Below, in pieces: positions 17,827-28,600 of a DNA stretch of 64,000 nucleotides. Source of the stretch: Treponema sp. (lineage in GTDB: Bacteria; Spirochaetota; Spirochaetia; Treponematales; Treponemataceae). The notes under the pieces were generated by a model. The model saw nothing but the letters and a program-made list of their open reading frames with translations. It was not told the DNA's origin and did no database searches. How positions within the stretch are numbered: position 1 is the first letter of the stretch; each line of letters begins with the position of its first letter. The stretch covers positions 3,150 to 67,149 of the forward strand of contig JAEDFA010000003.1 in assembly GCA_016293005.1 (NCBI GenBank), given 5' to 3'. The position numbers and the translations under genes are program-made.

Positions 17827-19455
17827 ATGCATGAAAAAAATCTTGTCTTAGTTCTTACAACAAATCAGGAGTACATAAGACATACTGGAGAAGAAGAACA
17901 AAAATTTGCAGCAGAGTTAAATTATTTTTTCAATTCTATTTCAGATACATATCTTCCGCTTTTAAGAATGTTTGAAAATCTTGAGCGTGATAATGTAAAT
18001 TTTTCCCTTTCACTTGTAATTTCTCCAAGTTCCTGCACGCTTTTAGAAGACCCTGTAGTTCAAAAACAGTATCTTGAATGGCTTGATAAAAAAATTGAAC
18101 TTGGCAAAAAAGAAATCGAACGCTGTTCCGGTAACGCTCTTCTTTTAAATAACGCAAAATTCACTTTTGAAAAATATATGGAAGATAAAATTCAGTTTTT
18201 AAACTTGAATCAGCGTGTTTTGAAAAAAATCCGTGAATATCAAAAGAAAGGTTATATAGAAATTCTTGCAACTTGTGCAACTTCGATTTTCATGCCGTTT
18301 TACGCAGATCAGGAAGAAATTTTAAATGCGCAGGTTGAAACTGGCTTAAATGCGTATAAATGTTTTTTCAACGAAATTCCAGAGGGTTTTTGGCTTCCTG
18401 AATTAGGTTATGCTCCCGGAATAGAAAAAATTCTTTCTTCTTATGGACTTTCTTATACGATTTTAGATACACGAAGTTTCCTTTTTTCAGAAATTGAACC
18501 TCTAAACGGAATTTTTACTCCTGCGCGCTTTGAAAATTCTCTTGCTTGTTTTGGAAGATGCTATAAATGCGATGATGAAATTTTTTCAGAACACGGTTAT
18601 GCTTCAAATTCTGTTTACAAAAATCGTTTAAAAGACATCGCGTATATAAGAAGTCAGGCTGAACTTGAGCCTTGTATCTGTAAAGACGGAAAAAGATTTG
18701 ACACAGGATATTCTTACTGGAATAATTCTTCAAAATCTGTCGACGCGCTCGGAGAATTTGTAACAGATTCTTCTTCCGTTTACGACATCGAAAAAGCGTT
18801 CATTAAGTGTAAGACTGATGCCGAAGATTTTGTCTGCAAAAAGATGCAGATTTTGCAGGAAGCAGAAAAAAATCTTTCTGCGGAGCAGTATTTAAATCTT
18901 GTGTGTACAATCGATTTAGATAAACTTCGATATAATTGGGCAGAGGGAATAAATTTCCTTGAAAATGTTTTCAGGTGCGGTTCATGGCAACAGTTGAATT
19001 TTTCTCAGTGTAAAAAACAGATAGGAAATGTTTATTCGCTTCAAAAAATCAAGCCTTATTACGGTTCAATGAGTGGCGAAGGTTATGGTGAAAATCTTCT
19101 TTCTCACAAAAACAGCTGGATGATGCGTTATATTCAAAAGGCAAGCGAAAGAATGGTTGACCTTGCAGAACGATTTTCAAGCGACAACAGTTTAAAAGCG
19201 CGTCTTTTAAATCTTGGTGCAAAAGAACTTATGCTCTGCCAGTCATCTTTGTGGGCAAAATTTATCGACGAAAATATTTTTGCAGATTACGCCGAATACC
19301 GTTTCAAGCAGGGAATCAAAGATTTTACATCTGTTTTTGATGCTTTAGGTTCAAATACTGTGAGCACTGAATGGCTTACAAATCTTGAAAACAAGCACTT
19401 GATTTTTCCGTGGATGAACTACAGAATTTTCTGCAAAAAACATCTTAAAAAATAA
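17827..19455 (+). CDS. GH57 / DUF1957 glucan-branching-enzyme-like protein (divergent)
   Basis: TYLPLL, GYIEIL, GFWLPE, W.EG, KELML.QSS.W; GGAG RBS before ATG 17827. Confidence 0.85.
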   Translation: MHEKNLVLVLTTNQEYIRHTGEEEQKFAAELNYFFNSISDTYLPLLRMFENLERDNVNFSLSLVISPSSCTLLEDPVVQKQYLEWLDKKIELGKKEIERCSGNALLLNNAKFTFEKYMEDKIQFLNLNQRVLKKIREYQKKGYIEILATCATSIFMPFYADQEEILNAQVETGLNAYKCFFNEIPEGFWLPELGYAPGIEKILSSYGLSYTILDTRSFLFSEIEPLNGIFTPARFENSLACFGRCYKCDDEIFSEHGYASNSVYKNRLKDIAYIRSQAELEPCICKDGKRFDTGYSYWNNSSKSVDALGEFVTDSSSVYDIEKAFIKCKTDAEDFVCKKMQILQEAEKNLSAEQYLNLVCTIDLDKLRYNWAEGINFLENVFRCGSWQQLNFSQCKKQIGNVYSLQKIKPYYGSMSGEGYGENLLSHKNSWMMRYIQKASERMVDLAERFSSDNSLKARLLNLGAKELMLCQSSLWAKFIDENIFADYAEYRFKQGIKDFTSVFDALGSNTVSTEWLTNLENKHLIFPWMNYRIFCKKHLKK

Positions 19456-19491
19456 AATCTGTGCGATAATTTTTTTTCTCATTTTAAGCTT

Positions 19492-19542
19492 TCTTAAAAC
19501 TTAAATTTAATTAAGTGTCTTAAAATTTAAATTTAATTAAGT
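19492..19542. repeat. Tandem direct repeat, 2 x 25 bp at 26-bp period (TCTTAAAAYTTAAATTTAATTAAGT)
   Basis: 19492-19516 vs 19518-19542, one mismatch; ends at the -35 of the giant gene promoter. Confidence 0.85.
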
Positions 19543-19569
19543 TGCACTTTAATTAATCTGTGTTATAAT
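19542..19569 (+). promoter_or_regulatory. sigma70-like promoter TTGCAC-N16-TATAAT with extended -10 TG
   Basis: TGT-TATAAT at 19561-19569. Confidence 0.65.
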
Positions 19570-19632
19570 AAACCTCATCATATAAATGTTTTGATTAAAA
19601 AAAGTCGTGAAACAAAATAGATGAGGTTTTTT

Positions 19633-22600
19633 ATGATTATAAAAAGAAGAAAAACGACTTTATATATTTTTAGTCTTGCATTTTTGTTTTCAATTTTTTC
19701 ATGTGATGTAGGTCTTGGCGAGGCAGTTGATACAGAACCTCCTTCTGTTGAAATTTCAGCTCCTTTGGCTAATGATAAAATACGCGGAACTTTTACGATG
19801 AGCGGAATCTGTTCTGACGAGCAGGGCGTAAAATCTGTAGAAATTCAGTTTTCTTCAATAGATGATTCTACTGGAATTGTTTCTTATTATCCTAGTGAAA
19901 ATAAATTTTTTAAGGCTTCTTTAAAAGAAGATAACACAAAATGGGAATGCGTTATCGATCCGCAAAAAAATAAGATTCCAGACGGAAGTTACGAAGCTTC
20001 TGTTGTCGTAATCGATAAAGCCGGAAGAAATTCAAAACAGAAAAAATCTTTTTCAATTGATAACACCCCCCCCCTTGTAGTTTTAACGCGTCCTTCTGCA
20101 AAAAAAACTGATGTAAATCCAGACAGCTACGGTCAGAAATTTATAATTGAAGGTCAGGCTTCAGATGACAGCGGAATTGACTTGCTTGAAGTTGAAATTT
20201 ATTCAAAAGAAGAAAATCCTAAATTATTGAAGACTGTTCAGTTAAAGAATGTTCCGCTTTCAATAAACATAAATGTTGCAGAATTTAAAGACGAAATTTA
20301 CACAGAAATTTACGGTGATAATATAGAAGAAGGAAAAAAAGATTATTTCTGTAAAATCAAGGCGTACGACGGAACAAAAAAAGTTCCTGCTCTTTCAGAT
20401 GATGATAAAAAAGGAAATTTAGCCGATTCTTATTATTTGTATAACGACATTTATTCTTCTGTTCTTTCAAAATATAAAATAAATGAAGTTTACCAGATTT
20501 TGTCAGGAACTTATAAAGAAACTGAAAACAGAGGAGGAGAGGCCGAATCTGAAAAAAGCGTTTTTGAAACTGTAAAGGAAAACCTTTCAAAAAATAAAAT
20601 AGATTCAGGTTTCTTTTCATTAAATCCGCGAAACAATCCTTCATACATTCTTTCCGGGTATGAATCTCTTTTGTGCGACGGAAAAGATTTTTCTGAATTA
20701 AAATATCACATTCCAAACGGAACAAAAATCGCTGTAAGGCTTCAAAGCGGTCTTGATAACACTCCTCTTATAGATGATACGCTTGGAGTTTCTTGTTATG
20801 AATGTGATGATTATGCAAAAATTCTAGACGAAGAGGCAGAAATAGTTCTTGTTCCGGCTTTAAAAGACAAAGATGGAAATGTTTTGCTCACTGATGAAAA
20901 CGCCATAAGCGAAAGAGCTGCAGCAATTTCTGCAATCGGAAGTACGGCGCGTAATATTTCTTTTTCGCTTGATAAATCTAGTGGAAAATTGAAAATCGGG
21001 CGCAAATACATTATCAAGGCTGTAGGTTTCGACGAAAATAAAAACGAACCTTTTGTAGAAGAACCTTACGGTTTTATGCTTGTTTCAAACGGAGCTTCTC
21101 CAAAAATTTCTGTAGAAGAACCAGCTGATTCTGTTTTAAACTTAAAAAAGGGAAGTTCTTTTAAAATAAAAGGTTCTTCTTATCATGATGAAGGAGTTCC
21201 AGAAGTAATCATCAAGGCAAACGATAAAATTATTTATTCTTCTGAAACTACATCGTTTGAAAAGCAAGTAAATGTTTCTGATATTGTTAAAGATGAAAAT
21301 GTTTCAAGAGAATATTCAGTTTATGTCTATTCTTCTTACAATGAAATGGAATCTACTTATAAAGAAAAGACTGTCTTTTATGATGTTGACGCTCCTAAAA
21401 TTTCTATAAATTCTGTTATTCCGCTTGTAGAAGATAGCGAACGCAAAAACAATGTAAATGGTATTGTTTCTGTGAGGGGAAGCATTGTTGATTCATTTAC
21501 TTCGGTTGTTCCTGAAAGCGCAAAATATGAAGTTTATGATAACGGACAAAAAGTTGAAAGCCTTTCTGGAAAAATCGAAAATCCTTTGAATTTTTATTTT
21601 ACGGTTGATACTTCTTCTTTGACAGATGAAACTGATTTGGATGTAAGAATTTTGGCAGAAGACAAGGCTGGAAATCTTGCAGTTTATAATTTAAAAGATG
21701 ATTCTTATTTTATAAATCAAAAGACGGATAAGCCTGTAATAACTTGTAATTCTTTTGGCGAAAAGGCTTTTGTCCGCGGAAGTTCATATTCGGGATTTAT
21801 TCAAGATGATGACAGCATCGATTCTGTAGAATTTAATCTTTATTATACTGATTCTTCTGGAAATAAGGGAGAACTTTACAAGGGTGCGCCTTTAAAAACT
21901 GTAAATAATATTAACAGCACGCAGTACAATTTTAGTGTAAATCTTCCTGATTCTGTAAACGATTTTATTCTTGAAATTATTGCAACAGATGTAAAATCTG
22001 ACGGCTCTCTTCCCGTTACTAATGAGCCTTACGAGCATAAATTCAGAATTGCAGGCGATGCTCCAGTTCTTGAAGTCGATGATCCAAAAGTAATGCGCTA
22101 CATCACTACAGAAGAAAATCTCTCTGGTTCTAAAACTATCACTTTTACTGGAAAAATAAGCGGAGAGTCAAATTCTTTAAATCAGCTAAAAATTCAAGTT
22201 TTGCAGGGAAATGATTTAGATTCTGCTGTAGTGTTAATTGATTCTCTTTGGAAAGCAGATAGTGACTATGACGGAACTGAAACTGACTGGGAGGGTACAG
22301 CGGACATTTCAAAAGTCTTGAACAATAAAAACGAAGGAGAATACCGTCTTTATCTTAAAGCAGTTGATGCAAACGGAATTTCTTCTTCAAAAGAAATAAA
22401 ATTAACTGTAGATAACACAGAACCTACATTAACAGTAACGAAAAGTTCTACGGAAGAAGATGGAACAATTTATATTGGAAAAGTTTCAGAGTTTAAAATT
22501 GCAGGAAATGCTAGCGATACTAATTATTCTTTTGTTGAATATTCTTACGACAAAACTTCATGGGAGAGCTTTTCAGAAAATGCTGCATGGACTTTTGTTT

Positions 22601-25600
22601 ATACTCCTGATGAAACAGAAGAAATAACTGTAATTTTCCGTTCGGTTGATAAAGCCGGAAACCGTTCTCAAACAATCGAAAAGAAAATCGTAACGATTCA
22701 AAATGAACCTTCAATAAGTGAAATAAAAGTTTTTGCACGTGAAGGTGAAAAAGAAATTTCTTTGCAAAACGGAACTTATTATCTTAATAAAGATTTTAAA
22801 ATTAAAGGAAATGTTTCATATAAATATTTAAAATCTTTCAAATGCGGCGAAGATGAAATTTCTCTAAATGAAAATTCTTTTGAATATAATCCTAGTGATA
22901 ATAAAAAAGGCTTATATGAATTAAGAATAACTGACAAAGCAGGTCAAAGTTGTATTTCGACTGTGAATGTTTTCTACGATGAAAAAGAACCTGAAGTTGA
23001 ATTTACAGTTTCGCCGGTTGTAGAAAGAAATCAAAAAAAGAATTTAATAAATGGAGAAATTACAGTTTCTGGAACGGCTTCAGATAAAGAAGATAAAGTT
23101 TCTTTTACAAAACTGATTTTAAACGACGAAGAAGTAACTGATTCTTCTGGAAATCCTCTTTCTGATAAAGGCGTAACAAAATCTGTTTATTCAGATAACG
23201 GAATGAGGTTTACTTACAAAATTGATACAACAAAATACGATAAGAATAATTTAAAGATTGAAATTTTTTCTCAGGACCGCGCAGGAAATCAAATAAAAAA
23301 ATCTGAAACATATTATGTAGATCAAGAAACTGATAAACCTGTTATTTCTTCTTCAACACTTAATTTTGAAGCTAAAGAGGCAAAGGACAATAAATTTGGT
23401 ATAGAAGGGAAAAATATTACAATAACAGCCGAAGACGATGATGGCGTAAATTCAATTGATTATATTATAAAAGACTCATCTCTTAATAAGGTTGGAGGAG
23501 ATACTATTTCAGCAGAGAATAAAACTCTCATCACAAAAACAATAGTACTTCCAAATGATATTGTAACGGGAAAATATACGATTCAATTTACAGTGAAAGA
23601 TAAAAATGAGCCTTCTGTAATTTGTGAAACAAAAGAAATTCCTTTTGCGTATGATAATGATTATCCTGTTATAAAAGATATAAAAATCGGTGCAAGAACT
23701 TATGAAGCTTCAATGTTTGTAAAGAAAGACGATAAACTTTCTCTTAAAGCGCAAGATAAAGCCGGAATTGATAAAGTTCAAGTTGTGATAAAAAAAGACG
23801 GTTCGGAAAATACTATTACTTTAGTTAAAAATCAAGATAATCAAGATGTTTATGAAACCGAAAAAAATATTGAACTTGGAAGCGCTGACGGAGAATATGA
23901 AGCAGAAATAAGCGCATACGATATTTTTGGAAGGTCGCAGACTACAAGTCTTTCATTTAAAATCGATACAGTTCCTCCTGAATGGAAAGAAAATAAAGGA
24001 ACTTCTGAAAATCCAAACCTTGTTAATTCTTATACAGTGATTCAGGGTGGAAGTAAAACTGTAAATCAATCACAATTAAACGATTCATTCTGGTTTAATC
24101 AGACTGCAATTACTTTAAGCGGTTCTGCTTACGATAAAAACGGAATTGATAAATATTCTCTTAAAATAACAAATAGTGAAAATCCTAATCCTAAGCCGGT
24201 TGAAATTTCAGGAAGTTCATCTTACAAAATCACTTCAGATTTGTATAAACAGGGTTCAAATACGGCTCATCTTACAGTTTATGACAAGGCTGGAAACTCT
24301 AGTCAAAAAACAATTTCTATACAAGTTGATTCTGTTTCTCCTTCTGTAACAAATGCGACATTAAAAAATTCTTCTAACGGAAAATTGATTACAAAAGCAA
24401 ATAGCGTTTTACTTACAGTTGAAACTCAAGATGATACAAGCGGCGTGGAAAAAATTCTTGTTTCTGCAAGTCCTGATTTTTCATCTTCTAAGGAATATGA
24501 TGTTTCTTCCATTACTAATAACGAAGTTTCTTTTGAAATAAAATCGCTTTCTGAAGGTTTAAAAACTTTATATGTTAAAGCAATCGATAAAGCAGGTCTT
24601 GATTCTGAGGTAAAAACTGTTTCAGGTCTTGAAATCGACAGAACCGCTCCGACAGTTTTGTATAAAACTTATTCAACTGGAACTCCTACGGTAAATAAAA
24701 CTATAAAATTTGAAGGAACTCTTTCTGACGAACATTTAGGCTCATCTCCTTCAGTGGAACTTTATTACAAAAAGAAATCTGACCTTTCTTGGACTAAATT
24801 TGGAGCTAATCCTTCGTATACAAAAACGGATGAAAAATCTGGTTCATGGGAAATTTCTGTTGATACTGATACAACACAATTTACAGACAATTCAGAATAT
24901 AGTTTCCAGATTCGTTCAAAAGATTTGGCAGAAAATCAAATTACAGATTCTGCCTCTTATGTAACTGTAAAAATCTTACAGGATTCTGATGTTCCTGTGA
25001 TAAAACTCAACAGCATTACAACCGACGGTAAAGCACGCCTTAACACAGGAACGATTTCTGGAACTGTAGAAGATGATGACGGCATTTTAAATATGCACAT
25101 TCAGCTTGTTTCTTCTGAAGGAACTTTGAATGAAAATAATTGGACGCCTCTTACTGTAGAAAACGGTTCATGGAGTTATGAAATTCCAAAATCTGGAAAT
25201 CCTTCAACTCCAGATGGAACTTACACGCTTTATTTTAAAGTTGTAGATAAAGAAAACACAACATTTGAAACAGGAAAAACTTCTTCTCCTTATATTTCTG
25301 ACACAAGTGGTGAGTCTTCTAAAGTAACAAACTCTGTTTCTTTCAGCGTTGATACAACAAAACCTAAAATTCTTGAAGTAAATGTAAGTTTTAACGGTGG
25401 TGAAACATCAAGCGTAATTTCAAACAATCAGATTTTTGGCGGCAAAAAATATAGTTCAGCTTCGTTTACGGTAAACGCAAGTGATACAGTTTCTAAACGA
25501 GAAAAACTTTCTGTAAAACTTAATATTGATACAATCGAAGAATCTCTTTCTTATGATTCAAATAATGATGTTTATACTTGCAGCGTTGATTTAACAAATT

Positions 25601-28600
25601 CTTCAATGAATGGAAATTATTCTCTTATTGTTACAGCCGAAGATGAAGCGAAAATGACTGACACTTTCCAAAAAAGTATAATTATCGATAACACAGCGCC
25701 TGACACAATAAGAAATGTCGTTCCAAAGCAGAATGCAGAAGTAACGGGCGAATTCAGTATGACAGGTCTGATTCAGGATGATGAAACAAACTCAGGAATT
25801 TCTGAAGAAGAGCAAGATCATTTAAAATATTACATTCCAAAATATGCAGAAAAAGATACTGAACCTTCTGAAAACATTTCGTGGACTGACGAAAATCTTT
25901 CGCAGACCTCAGTTTCATGGAGTATTGATTTTGCAAATCTTTCTGAACGCTTAGGCTATAATATATCTACATCAGAAATTTCTAGCGAATACAGCGGTTT
26001 TAAAGATTTATCGAACAGCGATTTATATAATATTCCAGTCTGGTTCAGGGCAGTTGATAAAGCCGGAAACATCGGTTACATAAAAGAAGGCCTTTATTCA
26101 GGAGATACAGATTCTTTGAAAAAGCCTTTAAAATTAAAATTCAACCCGAATGCCGATAAACCTCGCGTAGAAATAAATTATCCAGTTCATGATAAAACTC
26201 TTAACGGCTTTAATTATGTAGTTCTTGGTGGAAATGTGCGTTTTTCAGGAAGTGCAACCGACAATGAAGGAATTGATTCAGTTTACCTTCAGTTTGATTT
26301 TGACGGTTCTGGAAATTTTGACACAAGTAATCAGCTTTATAATAATTTAGGACTTTCTCTTGTTTCAATTCCAAACAAATCAGAAAATGGTGTCAAGGCA
26401 AACGGAACTGTAAGCTGGTCGTATAATCTTGATATTTCTTCTTTGCAAAATCTTTCTTATGAAACAAATGAAAAAGTTTTACGAGTTAGAGCTTGCGCTG
26501 TAGACAATGATACAGTAAACGGAACATTGACAAGTGCATGGTCAGAGCCAGTTTGCATTTCTGTAAACAATTCAGTTCCTCAAATCTATATAGAAAAACT
26601 TAGGCAGTATGAAAATGCTTCATCTTCAAATGTTGTAAAAGAAATAGATTTTAATGACGGTGATTTTATAAGCGGCGAAAACTGGTTCCTTGAAGGTTAC
26701 TGTGAAGACCCGCAGAAAATTAATATTGCCTCTTCTTCTGTTAAGGGTTCTACAACTGAAGCAAATTTCAAAGTGATAAGTGATTCTGAAGGAAATTCTG
26801 ACGGAAAGAGAGTTTCATTTAAGATTCCTGTTTCAAGCGCTTCTGGTAACTGGGATGTTACTTTAAGAGTTCTAGATGCAGATTCAGAAACTCCTCAGTC
26901 GTCAGAAAGAGTTTATTCATTAAAAATTGATAATACAAAACCTGCATTTAAAGACGGTCAAAATGAAGATGATCTTGTACTTTTCAAAAATGGTTACGGT
27001 TCGGACGGCACAAAAATAGACAACAGCGGAAATTATGTTCAAAACAGTAACGGTTCTATTTTTACGATTGCTTCAAGTGTAGAAGAAGCCGGTTCTGGAT
27101 TTAAAAATGCCGCAGTTTATTTTGAACGCTCTTACAAGAAAGAAGGAAAAAGTCGAATTTTCAATGTCAGAAAAGAATACGGAGATAGCCGCAGGGAAAA
27201 TGCAACTGAAATTTCTTCTTCAAAACAAGAAGATTCAGTTTACAAAAATGAAGAAAATCTTCCTGTTCTTTTGAAAACTGTTGAAAGAAGTTCTGTTACG
27301 ACTTTAAGTTACGATGGTCTTTCTTCAAATCATAACATCTTTAAAGGAAGTATCGTAAAACTTGGCGGAGTTTATTACAAAATTATAAATATCGAAGGTA
27401 ATACTGCTACAATCGATGGAAACTGCGACACTTCGCAAACTTCTGCAGAATTTGTTTATGCAATGATTGTAGACAATAACGACAACGGTTCAGGGCTTTC
27501 AGATGACGGAGACTTGATGGCAGAAAGTTATTCAAAAGCCGGTTCAAAATGGATTTGGGATTGTTCTGTAAATTCTCAAAACATTCCAGACGGTCCTATA
27601 GAAATTCATGTAGTCGTATTTGATAAAGCCGGAAATTTCAAGGCAGGAAAAGTTGAAACGCGAGTTACAAATAATCCTGTAAGAATCACTTCTGTAAAAC
27701 TTGCAACAGATTTAAACGGAAACGGAACCTTTGATTCAACTGAATATCAGGATTTTTACGCAATTAAAAACCAGGAAGGAATTGCTGACACTTCAAAAGG
27801 CGTTGATATCTGGAATCTTTCTACAAAAGACGAATTAAATTCAAGCAAAAACTGGACTGTCCGTGAAAGGCTTTCTATAACTCCTGAATTTGTAGGCGGA
27901 ACTTCTCCTTTCTACTGGAAGTTCTCAAAAGGAGATGTGGCTCTTTCACAGCCAGAACAATTTACGACATCTAATTCTGTAAAGATTTCAAATAAACAGG
28001 AATTTATTCTTGATAATACTTCTCTTGTTGCTGGAGATGAATACGAAGGAAAAGATTTGTATTACAGATTCAGTTTCTACGATTCAACAGAAGAACTTGA
28101 ATCTGGAAAAGATACAAGCTGGACAGTTTTAAATGCAAAAGTAAAACAGGAACTTACAGATACTGTTTCTCCTTCAATAGTTGTAAATCCGTTCTACTGG
28201 GAAAGTTCAAGCGCCAACAGCCTTTACAAAAATAGTAAAGAAAACGGTCATATCGAACTTGAAAAGCATCTTAAAAACGGAAACTTTGAAGAATCTTCTG
28301 GAATTTATGATAAAGACCCTAAATTAAGTGGAAAGGTAAAAATTCAGGGAACTGTAAACGACAACAAGATTTTAAAAGACATCCGTGTAAAAATTCCAGG
28401 CTTTACCGATTCAGATGATTATATTTTGCTTGCACAGTACACAAAAGGTTCTGGCTGGGATTGTGATAAAACTGAAAGTGATGTTGAATCTTCATTAAAT
28501 TCAAAAGGCTTTGCATTTACAGTTGATTCTGATGAAATTACACAGGAAAACGGACACACTGTAACATGGACTTTAATCTGGGATACTTCAAAAATTTCTG

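Noticed and set aside
19492..19556. Direct repeats as a mini CRISPR array
   Set aside because: Only two copies separated by 1 bp, no spacers, no cas genes
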